From contig DIWA01000077.1 in NCBI GenBank assembly GCA_002422525.1, positions 62,096 to 126,095 of the forward strand: a DNA stretch of 64,000 nt. The letters are read 5' to 3'. Shown here one piece after another: positions 8,905-18,658 of the stretch. Numbering within the stretch: the first letter of the stretch is position 1; the number at the start of each line of letters is the position of its first letter. This DNA comes from Candidatus Hydrogenedentes bacterium UBA6118. Its GTDB lineage: Bacteria > Hydrogenedentota > Hydrogenedentia > Hydrogenedentales > SLHB01. The notes beneath the pieces are model-generated. The model was not told the DNA's origin, ran no database searches, and worked only from the letters and a program-made list of their open reading frames with translations. Position numbers and translations under genes: made by a program.

Positions 8905-9513
8905 CTAGAGGAAGACGGCCTTGGCGGCGTCCATGCGCTCGAAGAGGGAGTGGCCGAAGGCGCGGAGCATGGTGTCGAGGCGGACGAGGGGAAGGCCGAG
9001 CACGTTCTGGTAGCAGCCTTCGTACCGTGCGATGAGGAGGCTGCCGGGTCCGTCGACGGTGTAGGCGCCGGCGCGGTCGGTGGGGCGGACGGCGAGGACG
9101 AAGGCGTTGATCTCGTCGTCGCTGAGCTCGCGGAACGTGACGCGCGTGGTCTCGCTGTCTTCGGCATGGCGGCCTGACGCGGCGTCGATGAGGGCGATGC
9201 CGGTGACGACCTCGTGGGTGCGGCCGGAAAGTCGGCGCAGCATGGCGCGGGCCTCATCGAGGTCGGCCGGTTTGCTCAGGGGGACGCGGTCGAGGAAGAC
9301 GAGGGTGTCGGCGGCGATGACGAGCTTGTCGCCGTGGAGTCGGGAGGCGACGGCGGCGGCTTTGGCGCGGGCATTGGCGCAGACGACGGCGGCGGGGTCG
9401 TCGCCGTGGTCGACCTCGGGGGCGTCGCTGACGATGACGTCGAAGTCGAGTCCGAGGGCGGCGAGCAGGGCGCGGCGTCGGGGCGACTGGGAGGCGAGAA
9501 CGATCCGGCTCAC
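8905..9513 (-). CDS. maf: Maf-like nucleoside triphosphate pyrophosphatase / septum formation protein
   Basis: IVLASQSPRRRALL N-terminal Maf signature. Confidence 0.85.
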   Translation of the reverse strand: MSRIVLASQSPRRRALLAALGLDFDVIVSDAPEVDHGDDPAAVVCANARAKAAAVASRLHGDKLVIAADTLVFLDRVPLSKPADLDEARAMLRRLSGRTHEVVTGIALIDAASGRHAEDSETTRVTFRELSDDEINAFVLAVRPTDRAGAYTVDGPGSLLIARYEGCYQNVLGLPLVRLDTMLRAFGHSLFERMDAAKAVFL

Positions 9514-10247
9514 GGGGCGGGCTCGACGGGAGCGGCGGGCGTGATGGCCTCGGGCATGCGCTCGACGCGGGCGGTGACTTTGCGGAAGCTCTCCTCGTTC
9601 TCGATCACCTTGGTGTCGCGCGGCACGGCGAGTTGCGTGTCTTCGGGCTTGACGTCGCCGTTCACTTCGAAGTCGTCGAAGTTGAGGATCACCTGCGACT
9701 CGGCGTCGTTGAAGATGTGGATGCGCGTGGGGATGTAGTCGCCGTCGCGCAGGAAGATGCGGACGCGCTCGAACAGGCGCGGGGCGGCGTCGTCGGTCTC
9801 GATGGGGGTGAGCATGAGCCCGTAGGCGGCGCGATCCGATTCGTCGCCGGGGTCGAAGAGGTCGAGCTGGTAGGCTTGGCGAAGCTCGGCCGGATCGCTT
9901 TCGAATGCCGCGAAGAGGGCCTCCATGTCGGGGTCTTTGCCTCGGTCGTATATTTGGACCTGCTCGAGTTCGCGGTCGTGTTCGTAGACGCGCGAATGGT
10001 CGATGAGGATCTCGTGGACCGGGTCCATCGTGTCGGGGTCGAGGATGCGGAAGACGATGCGACGGGGGCGGACGAAGAGGAGGCGTCCGACGGATTGCAG
10101 GCTCTCGTCGGGCGTGCGGTTCTCCATGATGAAGCGGGCCTCGAGCGAGACGACGTCTTGCCGTTGCTGGGCGAGTTCGTCGAGGAATGCGTCGACGGAT
10201 TCCGGCAGCGCGGCGCAGCCGGCGATCAGCAGTGCGATGGAGAGCAT
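9510..10247 (-). CDS. lipoprotein, LolA-like/outer-membrane lipoprotein-sorting fold (tentative)
   Basis: lipobox LLIAGC at N-terminus; 4-bp overlap with maf; fold assignment is from weak pattern only. Confidence 0.4.
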   Translation of the reverse strand: MLSIALLIAGCAALPESVDAFLDELAQQRQDVVSLEARFIMENRTPDESLQSVGRLLFVRPRRIVFRILDPDTMDPVHEILIDHSRVYEHDRELEQVQIYDRGKDPDMEALFAAFESDPAELRQAYQLDLFDPGDESDRAAYGLMLTPIETDDAAPRLFERVRIFLRDGDYIPTRIHIFNDAESQVILNFDDFEVNGDVKPEDTQLAVPRDTKVIENEESFRKVTARVERMPEAITPAAPVEPAP

Positions 10248-10300
10248 GCTCTATGACTCCCTTGGGGGTTGCGGCGGGGTTCGGCCGGCGAACGCGCCGA

Positions 10301-11218
10301 TCAATCCGCCTCGCGACGATCGGGGTCGGATGCGTCCGTCGCGTCCGCGTCCTCCGGATCGGCTGCGTCTTGAGGCTTCTCCGCGGTTGCGTTCTCCGCG
10401 GGGCGGTCTTCCGATACGTGGGCGATCAGGGCGTTGAGCTCGGCCTCTGTGTCCGGGTGGAGCTCCACCTTGCCGGGACGGTCGCGGGGCGGTTGCTCCG
10501 CGGGGTCGGGCCGCGCCGGAGCCATGCCGATCAGGTCGGCGTAGTCAGAGGACTGGTCGCGTTTTGGGGCGTCGGCCCGCGGCGTGTCGTCCGTATGTAT
10601 ATCCCCATCTTCGGCGTTGGGTTCCGCCGCGTCGGGGGTGTCCGCGTCGGCATCCTCGCCGGTTGCGGGGCGCGCGGCATACGAGACGGCGGCGGGCTCG
10701 GAGATCGATGACGACGCGGCGTCTGGCGGCGGGATGAGGTCATCGAGAAGGCGGCGGTGGGTCTCGAGGACGGAGATGAACTGCGTGCGGAAGCGTTCGC
10801 GCTGTTGTCGCAGCAGGCGGATCTCGTTTTCGATGAGTTCGGGGACGCGGGTCTGGTCGGCGCGGATGCGGGCGCGCTCGGCCTTGGCTTCCTCGATGAT
10901 GGCGTCGGCCTGGCGGCGGGCGGCCTCGATGATGGATTCGCTGGTGCGCTGCGTGGAGACGAGGGCTTCGCGCATGACGTTCTCAGAGGCGCGTTGCTCG
11001 GCGAGGCGCTCGCGCAGGGACTCGTTCTCGATCTTGAGCCGACGGACCTGTTCGTTGAGGCTCTCCATCACATCGGCGACGCGTTCGAGGAGCTGGTCGA
11101 CGTCCTCGGGCCGATAGCCGCCCATGGTGACGCGTTTGAACTCGTGATGGCACAGGTCGCTGGGGGTGATTACGTTCTCGTCGCCCAGCACCTCCTGGAC
11201 AACCTTGTCGCGTCTCAT
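10301..11218 (-). CDS. divIVA: DivIVA-domain protein with long acidic low-complexity tail
   Basis: ITPSDLCHHEFKRVTMGGYRPEDVDQLLERV matches DivIVA N-terminal domain; coiled-coil middle; D/E/A/P-rich C-terminus. Confidence 0.7.
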   Translation of the reverse strand: MRRDKVVQEVLGDENVITPSDLCHHEFKRVTMGGYRPEDVDQLLERVADVMESLNEQVRRLKIENESLRERLAEQRASENVMREALVSTQRTSESIIEAARRQADAIIEEAKAERARIRADQTRVPELIENEIRLLRQQRERFRTQFISVLETHRRLLDDLIPPPDAASSSISEPAAVSYAARPATGEDADADTPDAAEPNAEDGDIHTDDTPRADAPKRDQSSDYADLIGMAPARPDPAEQPPRDRPGKVELHPDTEAELNALIAHVSEDRPAENATAEKPQDAADPEDADATDASDPDRREAD

Positions 11219-11257
11219 GGCTGGGTGATCCTTCGGAGGCGTCGCGCGTCGCGTCGG

Positions 11258-12076
11258 CTACCGGCCGAGCTCGCGTGATCGCGCCGCGGCCGCGGCTACG
11301 CCCTGGTGGATGACTCGTTCGAACCCGTCGTTCTGGAGCTGTTTGAGGGCGGCTTCGGTTGTGCCGCCTTTCGAAGTGACGCGCGCGCGGAGGGTTCCGG
11401 GACCGTCCGCGCTGTCCGCGAGCAGCTTGCCGGCGCCGTAGAGGGTCTGCGCGGCAAGGCGCGCGGCGGCATCCTCGGGCAGGCCGGAAGCGACGCCGGC
11501 GGCGGTGAGGCTTTCGACCATGAGGAAGAAGTAGGCCGGTCCGCTGCCGCTCACGGCGGTGACGGCGTCGATCTGCGTTTCTTCGACGAAGACGCAGATG
11601 CCCACGGCCTCGAACACGGCGCGGACGACGGCGCGGTCGGCATCGGTGCAGCCGGGGCCCATGGCGACGCCCGCGGCGCCGGCGCCGACAAGCGCGGGCG
11701 TGTTGGGCATGGCGCGGGCGATGCGGATGGCGGAGCCGAGGCGGTCGCGAACGCGGTCGATGGAGATGCCCGCGGCGATCGAGATGACGAGCGTCTCGGG
11801 GCGGATGTGCGCGCGCAGGCCGGCCAGCGCCTCGTCCATGGTCTGCGGTTTCACGGCGAGGACCAGCGTGTCGGCGCGGGCGGCGAGTTCGGCGACCGAA
11901 GCGACGGGGGTCATGCCGATCTGTTCCGCATCGCGCAGGCGCTCGGGGTCGACGTCGCAGGCGAGCACTGACTCGGGGGCGATGACGCCGGTCTGGACGA
12001 GGCCCGAGGCGATGGCGCGGCCCATGTTGCCGAAGCCGAGGAAGCCGAGGGTCCCTTCGATGCGTCGGTCGTCCAT
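11258..12076 (-). CDS. proC: pyrroline-5-carboxylate reductase
   Basis: start MDDRRIEG after GGAGG; LGFLGFGNMGRAIASGL NADP-binding site and KGGTTEAAL motif. Confidence 0.85.
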   Translation of the reverse strand: MDDRRIEGTLGFLGFGNMGRAIASGLVQTGVIAPESVLACDVDPERLRDAEQIGMTPVASVAELAARADTLVLAVKPQTMDEALAGLRAHIRPETLVISIAAGISIDRVRDRLGSAIRIARAMPNTPALVGAGAAGVAMGPGCTDADRAVVRAVFEAVGICVFVEETQIDAVTAVSGSGPAYFFLMVESLTAAGVASGLPEDAAARLAAQTLYGAGKLLADSADGPGTLRARVTSKGGTTEAALKQLQNDGFERVIHQGVAAAAARSRELGR

Positions 12077-12609
12077 TAGGCCTCCGCGTCGGCCGCGGCG
12101 TTGCGCAGATCGATGAGCAGGGCGGTCTCGTCGCACTCGGGGAACGACGGACAGCGGACGCAGTCGCGGAAGACCTTGTGGGGCAAGGTCTGCTTGTCGA
12201 CGATGTGGAACCCGATGCGCTGGAAGAACCGCACCGATCGTGTGAGCGCGTAGAGGCGGGGGATGCCCAGTTCATGGGCCTCAAACAGGCATGATCGTAC
12301 GAGCGTTCCGCCGATCCCGCGGTCGCGCCGGCCGGGCCGGACGATGAGGGAGCGCAGTTCCGCGAGATCCTCGAGATCGACGTGGAGGGCGCAACAACCG
12401 ATGGGGGCCCCGTCCTCCTCGACGATGTGGAAATCGCGTACGTTTTCGTAGAGCTCGGCCGTGGTGCGGGCCAGCACGGCGCCGCCGCGCACTTCGGCGT
12501 CGATCATCTGTTTGATCGCCGGAATGTCGGCGATCCGCGCCTTCCGAACGGCGCACGCCTGTATGGCGGCGCACATCTCGAACGGCTCTGTAGCGGTGCA
12601 GTTTTCCAT
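12076..12609 (-). CDS. GNAT family N-acetyltransferase (short ArgA-like)
   Basis: RPGRRDRGIGGTLV acetyl-CoA binding motif; 177 aa. Confidence 0.65.
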   Translation of the reverse strand: MENCTATEPFEMCAAIQACAVRKARIADIPAIKQMIDAEVRGGAVLARTTAELYENVRDFHIVEEDGAPIGCCALHVDLEDLAELRSLIVRPGRRDRGIGGTLVRSCLFEAHELGIPRLYALTRSVRFFQRIGFHIVDKQTLPHKVFRDCVRCPSFPECDETALLIDLRNAAADAEA

Positions 12610-12780
12610 AGGGGATCCTCGCGATTATCGGGGAAGTTTACCACAAAACGGAGCTGTATTGAAGCGTGGATTCGGCGGTTGCGGCGGCGAACGGACGGTG
12701 GAATCGGCCTCGGGCGGCGGAGTACCATCGAATGGCCGGGGCGGTTGGTGCGCCGGCGCAGGGTGCAGCGAAGGGTAACG

Positions 12781-14829
12781 ATGCGAATGAACACGACTCG
12801 GTGTCCCCATTGCGGCTTTGTCGGTTCGCACGAGACGGGCGTGTGCAGCCAGTGCGGCAAGAGCCTGCGGTCGTCGGGGGAAGCTGCGTCGGAGGGAGCC
12901 GCGTCGGGGGGAGCTGCGTCGGGTTCCGGGGGAGGGGCGCGCAAGGCGGCTCCTGAGGCGACGGTGTTCCGGCGGGGTCAGGTGGTGGCGGGTCGGTATC
13001 AGGTGGTGGACCTGATCGGCCGGGGCGGCATGGGGGCGATCTACCGGGTGCACGACCGGGTGCTGAACGAGCAGGTGGCGTTGAAGACGCTGTTGCCGCA
13101 GTTGGCCCGGAACCAGACGGTGGTGCAGCGGTTCTTCAACGAAGCGCGGATCGCGCGGCAGCTTTCGCATCCGAACATTGTGCGGGTGCACGACATCGGG
13201 ATGGCGGACGGGGTGCTGTACATCTCGATGGAGTTCGTCGAGGGGCAGTCGCTGCGGGCGCTGATGGAAAGCCGGGGCGACGGTCGGATGGATCCGCGCA
13301 CGTTGCTGGGCATCCTGGACCAGATCTGCGCGGCGCTGGACTATGCGCATCAGCACACGGTCCATCGGGATATCAAGCCGGAGAACATCATGGTCGCGGC
13401 GAACGGCGCGGCGAAGCTGATGGATTTCGGGATTTCGAAGCTGATGGCGCATACGCGGATGACGATGACGTCGGTGGTGATGGGGACGCCGCAGTACATG
13501 TCGCCGGAGCAGTTTCGCGACAGCGGGGCGGTGGATGCGCGGGCGGATATCTACAGCATCGGGGTGCTGCTGTACGAGGCGTTGACGGGGAGCCTTCCGT
13601 CGGGCATGTCGCGGCCGGTGTCGACGATGACGAGCCAAGTCCCGGCGGCGGTGGACCCGATCGTTGCGCGGTGTCTCGAAGTCAACCCGGAGCACCGGTT
13701 CCAGAGCGCGGCGGAGCTGCGCGCGGCGCTGGCGGAGGTGCGGACCGCGTTGGAGGGGGATGCGCCGGCCGTCGCCGTGGAACAGGCGACCCCGGCGCGG
13801 CGGCGGTCGCGATCGGCGGCGGTGCGTGCGGTAGGGGCGTTGCTGGCGCTGGCGCTGTTGGCGGGCGCGGGGTTCGCGGCGCGGCGCGTGCTCGAGGCGG
13901 GCGGCGCCGATGCGGAAGGCGTCGGCGAGACTTGGGAGGCGGCGGAGACCGGCGACGGAACGACGGGAACCGGAGCGGCGACGGGGGTGTCGGCGGACGT
14001 GTTGGAGCAGGCGCGGTCCGTCGCGGAAGGGCTGGTCGCCGGGTCGGAGTCGGCGGATAAGCAACGCGTGTTCGCGTACGGCGCGATGCTGGAGGAGCAG
14101 GCGGCCACGTTGGCGCCGCAATATGCGGCGACGGCGCGACATCGCGCGTTGCAGTGCTACGTGGGGATCATCGCGTGGCCCGAGGACGACGCGATGGTGT
14201 TCGTTCCGCCCGGAGAGACGGCGCTTCCGGAGACGGGGATGACGTACGTGCACGGGTTCTACATGGATCGACGCGAGGTGACGAACCGGGCGTTCCTGGA
14301 GTTCTGCGCACGGGTTCCGCAGGGGTGGCCGTATCCGACGTCGATCGCGGCCGGTGTCGGGGATGGGTCAGAGGTCGCCGAGCTGCCCGTGACGGGGCTG
14401 CCGTTCTATTATGCGCAGGGGTACGCTGTGTTCTACGCAGACGCCTTCCCGGATCGGTATGCGGCGCTTTTCGGGGCCTGGGGCGAGCCGGCTGGGGCGC
14501 AGGGGCTGCGGTTGCCCTCGGAGGCGCAGTGGCAGCATGCGGCGGCGTTGGCGGCGGAAGGCAGCCTGGAGATCGAGGGGCTCGACGCGGCGCCCGCGGA
14601 GTGGACGCGTTCGCGATATGGGCCGGCGCCCTACGGGACGGCATCCAGCCGGGAAGACCCGGCGGGGATAGGGTTCGGCGTGTCGCTGGTGGTGCGCGGG
14701 GGCGGCGCGGCGCCACTGACGACACGGGTCGCGGGAGACTACGCGCTTGCGGATCCGGGGATCGGGTTCCGGTGCGTCAAAGAGCTGCCGCGGTCGACGG
14801 AGAAGCTGGTGCAGATGGCGGCGCCGTGA
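12781..14829 (+). CDS. Ser/Thr protein kinase with N-terminal zinc ribbon and C-terminal formylglycine-generating-enzyme (FGE-sulfatase) domain
   Basis: start MRMNTTRCPHCG at 12781 (CxxC...CxxC); kinase motifs GRGGMGAIY, HRDIKPENIM, DFGISK; C-terminus FYMDRREVTNRAFLEF...GFRCV is FGE-like. Confidence 0.8.
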   Translation: MRMNTTRCPHCGFVGSHETGVCSQCGKSLRSSGEAASEGAASGGAASGSGGGARKAAPEATVFRRGQVVAGRYQVVDLIGRGGMGAIYRVHDRVLNEQVALKTLLPQLARNQTVVQRFFNEARIARQLSHPNIVRVHDIGMADGVLYISMEFVEGQSLRALMESRGDGRMDPRTLLGILDQICAALDYAHQHTVHRDIKPENIMVAANGAAKLMDFGISKLMAHTRMTMTSVVMGTPQYMSPEQFRDSGAVDARADIYSIGVLLYEALTGSLPSGMSRPVSTMTSQVPAAVDPIVARCLEVNPEHRFQSAAELRAALAEVRTALEGDAPAVAVEQATPARRRSRSAAVRAVGALLALALLAGAGFAARRVLEAGGADAEGVGETWEAAETGDGTTGTGAATGVSADVLEQARSVAEGLVAGSESADKQRVFAYGAMLEEQAATLAPQYAATARHRALQCYVGIIAWPEDDAMVFVPPGETALPETGMTYVHGFYMDRREVTNRAFLEFCARVPQGWPYPTSIAAGVGDGSEVAELPVTGLPFYYAQGYAVFYADAFPDRYAALFGAWGEPAGAQGLRLPSEAQWQHAAALAAEGSLEIEGLDAAPAEWTRSRYGPAPYGTASSREDPAGIGFGVSLVVRGGGAAPLTTRVAGDYALADPGIGFRCVKELPRSTEKLVQMAAP

Positions 14830-14851
14830 GGGGCTGCGCGCGGCGGACGGT

Positions 14852-14880
14852 TTGACAGCCTCCGGATGCCCTCCTAGAAT
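14852..14880 (+). promoter_or_regulatory. sigma-70-type promoter TTGACA-N17-TAGAAT
   Basis: TTGACA 14852-14857, 17-nt spacer, TAGAAT 14875-14880; 75 nt upstream of the zinc-ribbon gene. Confidence 0.55.
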
Positions 14881-14954
14881 GGACGAAGCGGAACGCGGGA
14901 CCGGCTCCCGCTGGGTCCGACGGAGCGTCGGCATCGTTTTCGCGCGAGGTAGTC

Positions 14955-15383
14955 ATGAGAATCGACGCGTGTCCCCATTGCGGCAAGAACCGTATCATCA
15001 CCGCGGACGTCCCCCGCGACGTGGTTGTGGTTGTGCCGTGTCCTGAGTGCAAGGAGTTCGTGGTGCTTTTCCGGGACAAGACGGCGGGGCTGAGCCGGCG
15101 GATCCTGGAGCACGGCAGCCGGGAGGAGCGCACGGCGCATCTGGCTGAGGTGATCGAGGCGTTGATCGATCCGGGCATGTTCTCCGGCGACGACGCGGCG
15201 TCGCGCATCGAAGGCGCGGAAGTGTCGCCGGCTGGCGAGGACGCGGATGAAGATGCGGATGCGGGGGAAGCGGAGAGCGAGTACGAGGCGGAGCCGATCA
15301 CGCAGGACGAGGTCGACCGGTTCGTGCGGATCGACCTGAAGCGGATCGACAACGCACGCTATTTCCGACGTCACTTCGGCTGA
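14955..15383 (+). CDS. small zinc-ribbon protein with acidic C-terminus
   Basis: CPHCG...CPEC pair; N-terminal motif parallels the kinase N-terminus; tail-to-tail 13-nt overlap with rlmB. Confidence 0.55.
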   Translation: MRIDACPHCGKNRIITADVPRDVVVVVPCPECKEFVVLFRDKTAGLSRRILEHGSREERTAHLAEVIEALIDPGMFSGDDAASRIEGAEVSPAGEDADEDADAGEAESEYEAEPITQDEVDRFVRIDLKRIDNARYFRRHFG

Positions 15384-16117
15384 GCCGTCAGGGCGCCGTG
15401 GGCGTTCGCCGCGGCGAACAGGGCGATGCCCGCGGATACGGCGACGTTGAGGCTCTCGAGGCGCGGGTCGATCGGGATCCGCAGGAAGGCGTCGCACACC
15501 CGGCGCACGCCGGGGCGCAGTCCCTTTGATTCGTTCCCCATCACGAGGACGACGCGGTCCGGCCAGGGCGCGTCGAAGAGGGATTGCTCCGCGTCGCCGT
15601 CGAGTCCGAAGATCCAGAACCCTTCGTCGCGCAAGGCGCGCAAGGCGTTCGCGAGGTTTCCCGCGTTGACCACGGGCATGTGGAACACGGCGCCGGCGCT
15701 GGATCGGACGACTTCCTCGTCGACGAGCGCGCCGCCGCGCTCGGGGAGGAGGGCGGCGTGTGCGGCCGCGCCGAGGGCGGTGCGGAGGATCATGCCGAGG
15801 TTGCGGGGGTGCTGGACCTGGTCGAGGGCGAGGAGGACGGCCTTGGGCGGGCAGGTGGCGAGGCAGGCTTCGAGGGAGACGTAGTCGATGGGGCTGACGG
15901 CGGCGACGACGCCCTGATGCTCGCGGGTGTCGGCCAGCTCGTTGAGTTTGGCCTGGGGGGCGAAGTCGAAGCGCACGCCGCGTTCGCGGGCGAGGTCGAT
16001 CAGCTCGGCGGCTTCCTTGGCGCGCGACTCCTTGGCCAGGTACAGGCGGCTGACGCGATTCCCGGCGAGCAGGGCCTCGCGGACGCCGTGGACGCCGTAT
16101 ACGTACTTGCGGCTCAC
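15371..16117 (-). CDS. rlmB: 23S rRNA 2'-O-methyltransferase, SpoU/TrmH family (RlmB-like)
   Basis: YGVHGVREAL N-terminus and LVMGNESKGL...LNVAVSAGIALF SPOUT motifs. Confidence 0.8.
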   Translation of the reverse strand: MSRKYVYGVHGVREALLAGNRVSRLYLAKESRAKEAAELIDLARERGVRFDFAPQAKLNELADTREHQGVVAAVSPIDYVSLEACLATCPPKAVLLALDQVQHPRNLGMILRTALGAAAHAALLPERGGALVDEEVVRSSAGAVFHMPVVNAGNLANALRALRDEGFWIFGLDGDAEQSLFDAPWPDRVVLVMGNESKGLRPGVRRVCDAFLRIPIDPRLESLNVAVSAGIALFAAANAHGALTAQPK

Positions 16118-16331
16118 AGATTCTCCTCAGTTCGTCTCTCGGCCGCGGCCCGCGGTGCGTTTGCGCGGGGGGCACGCCGCGGCTACCATGGCGGACGCAC
16201 GCGCCGTCAGCCGGGCGGGGGGATGCATTTGCGTGTGATCCGGCGTTGTCTCCAAGAGGAGGGGCCGGTTTCGTCGTGTCCGACAGTCGACCGCGTTCCG
16301 CGCCCGAACACCAACCAGGGAGCAGTTCCTC

Positions 16332-17660
16332 ATGATCACGGAAGCACAGGTGCTGGATTCCATGCGCCACATCCTCGACCCCGACCTGGGACGGGACATC
16401 GTCTCGCTGGGGTTCATCAAAGACATCCAGATCGACGGCGGCAAGGTGTCGTTCCGGGTGGAGCTTACCACGCCGGCGTGTCCGGTGAAAGAGAAGTTCC
16501 GCGAGGCGTGTCAGCAGGCGGTGTCGCAGTTGCCGGGCGTGACGGAGGTGTCGGTGTCGCTAACGGCGCAGGACCGATCGGCGCGGCGGGCTGGACAGGC
16601 GGCGGGGCAGACCAGCGGGCTGGCCAAGGTGAAGACGGTCGCGGCGGTGTCGTCGTGCAAGGGCGGGGTCGGGAAGTCGACGGTGGCGGGCCTGCTGGCG
16701 CGGGCGATGCAGCGGGAAGGCCTGCGGGTCGGCCTGCTCGATGCGGACGTGTATGGGCCGTCGGCGCCGACGTTGTTCAACCTGCGCCTGCCGGGCGTGG
16801 CCGTGCGCGACAACATGATCTTGCCGGTCGACTCGGACGGGCTGCAGGTGATGTCGCTGGGGTTCCTGCTCGGGGATTCGCCGGCGGTGCTGCGCGGACC
16901 GATCGTGTCGAACTACACGCAGCAGGTGTTGCATCAGACGGACTGGGGCGAGCTGGATTATCTGCTGATCGACCTGCCCCCGGGTACGGGCGACATCCAG
17001 TTGACGATCGTGCAGCAGGCGTCGTTGGACGGGGCGATCATCGTGACGACGCCGCAGGCGCTGTCGCTGGTGGACGTGGCGCGGGGCATCCTGATGTTCG
17101 AGAAGGTCGAGGTGCCGGTGCTGGGCGTGGTGGAGAACATGTGTTCGTTCACGTGCAGCGAGTGCAAGGCGGTGCATTATCCGTTCGGTCGCAGCCGGGG
17201 CGCGTTGCAGGAGCGTTTCGGGCTGCCGACGTTGGCGGAGCTGCCGATCGTGCCGGGCGTGTGGGACTTGTCGCGGCAGGACGCGGGCGCGGACCTGGAT
17301 GCGCTGGCGGCGTTGAGCGACGGCGTGCACCGGGCGATGGGGAAGAGCCGGGTGTCCGGCGGAACGCCGCCGGGGGTGAAGGTGGGGCCGCACACCGTCA
17401 CGATAGAATGGCCGGAAGGCGGCGAGACCGTGTTCGACAATCATCGGCTGCGGTGCGCGTGCCCGTGCGCGGTGTGCGTGGATGAGCACACGGGCGAGCA
17501 GTTGCTGAAGCCGGAGGAAGTGCCGACGGACGTGCATGCCGAGGATTTCACGCGGCTGGGCAACTATGCGGTGGCGTTCAGTTGGAGCGATGGGCACACG
17601 TCGGGGATCTACGCGTGGCAGTTCCTGCGGGAGCTGGCGGAGGATTTCGCGCGAAGCTGA
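16332..17660 (+). CDS. apbC: Mrp/ApbC-family Fe-S cluster carrier ATPase with N-terminal MIP18/DUF59 and C-terminal DUF971-like domain
   Basis: CKGGVGKST deviant Walker A; N-terminal DUF59-like segment; C-terminal CxC...CxxC cluster. Confidence 0.8.
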   Translation: MITEAQVLDSMRHILDPDLGRDIVSLGFIKDIQIDGGKVSFRVELTTPACPVKEKFREACQQAVSQLPGVTEVSVSLTAQDRSARRAGQAAGQTSGLAKVKTVAAVSSCKGGVGKSTVAGLLARAMQREGLRVGLLDADVYGPSAPTLFNLRLPGVAVRDNMILPVDSDGLQVMSLGFLLGDSPAVLRGPIVSNYTQQVLHQTDWGELDYLLIDLPPGTGDIQLTIVQQASLDGAIIVTTPQALSLVDVARGILMFEKVEVPVLGVVENMCSFTCSECKAVHYPFGRSRGALQERFGLPTLAELPIVPGVWDLSRQDAGADLDALAALSDGVHRAMGKSRVSGGTPPGVKVGPHTVTIEWPEGGETVFDNHRLRCACPCAVCVDEHTGEQLLKPEEVPTDVHAEDFTRLGNYAVAFSWSDGHTSGIYAWQFLRELAEDFARS

Positions 17661-17741
17661 GCGTCCGCGGGCGGAACGCCATACCTTTGGCGAGGGGCGG
17701 GTCGGCATGGGTCGGCTCGCCCTTCTGCACGTTCGAGGGCG

Positions 17742-18650
17742 TCAGGTTGCGTCGGGAACGTGGGGGCGCGGGGCCGCTTCCGTGCGCGACCACGCGGCGG
17801 CGCGGACGTGTTGGAACACACGGAAGCCGTCGGGGATGGCGTGGATCTCGGTGAACGCGCCGTCGGTCTGTTGTCGCGGGCGGCGCTGAACCAAGGCGGC
17901 GGTCGAGAGGTGCTGGAGGTTGGGCCAGCGGTCGTCCTGTTCGTAGCTGAACCGGTGGACGTGGCCGCAGACGTAGAGGATGCGCTTGCCCGTGGCGCCG
18001 AGAGCGTCGCGCAGGCGGTCGGCGCCGATGAGGCGTCGGGACCAGCTCGTGGCGTAGCCGTGGGTCGTGGTAAGCAGGGGGTAGTGGCCGGCGACGATGA
18101 GGGGGTCGGGGGCGGCTTCGACGAGCGCGCGCGTTTTCGCGACCGTGTCCGCGTCGACCTCGCCGCGGGACGAGAGGATGTTCGGGCGGACGGTCGGGAC
18201 GAGGATCAGCGGCGTGCCGCCGGGCAGGGTGCGTCGCGCGGGAAGGTCGTCCGCGGGGATGAGGCCGTCGAGATGGCGCGCGATGCGGCGCTTGCGCACG
18301 CTTTCGAAGGTGTAGACGTCGTGGTTGCCGGGAATGGCGATGACGTCGGGCCCGAGGTCGCGCAGCCGGCGGAGGAAGCGGGCCGCGCGGAGGAACTCGT
18401 CGTCGAGGGCGGTGGAGGTGAGGTCGCCGGTCTGCAGGACGATGGGGAACGCGAGCTCGGCGACATGGTCGGCGTAGGCGTCGACGATCTCGGTGCGGTA
18501 CTCGCGGCGTCGGCGCAGGAGGACGTTGAGGTTGCCGAGGAAGCGCTTGTTGAGCAGGCGCAGCGGATTGCGCTCGACGGTCCAGAAATGGACGTCGGCG
18601 ATATGGCAGAGACGGTCGACCGGCTCCGGGGTCTCGGGACGGGCATCCAT
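17742..18650 (-). CDS. metallophosphoesterase (calcineurin-like)
   Basis: IADVHF, GDLTS, GNHD and GHVH motifs. Confidence 0.7.
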   Translation of the reverse strand: MDARPETPEPVDRLCHIADVHFWTVERNPLRLLNKRFLGNLNVLLRRRREYRTEIVDAYADHVAELAFPIVLQTGDLTSTALDDEFLRAARFLRRLRDLGPDVIAIPGNHDVYTFESVRKRRIARHLDGLIPADDLPARRTLPGGTPLILVPTVRPNILSSRGEVDADTVAKTRALVEAAPDPLIVAGHYPLLTTTHGYATSWSRRLIGADRLRDALGATGKRILYVCGHVHRFSYEQDDRWPNLQHLSTAALVQRRPRQQTDGAFTEIHAIPDGFRVFQHVRAAAWSRTEAAPRPHVPDAT

Positions 18651-18658
18651 ATGATGCG

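Noticed and set aside
12625-16370. Long ORFs antisense to the kinase, zinc-ribbon and rlmB genes (12625-14253 minus, 14874-16370 minus, 15584-17485 plus)
   Set aside because: Extremely Arg/Pro/Gly-rich with no motifs. They overlap genes with strong motif support on the opposite strand.
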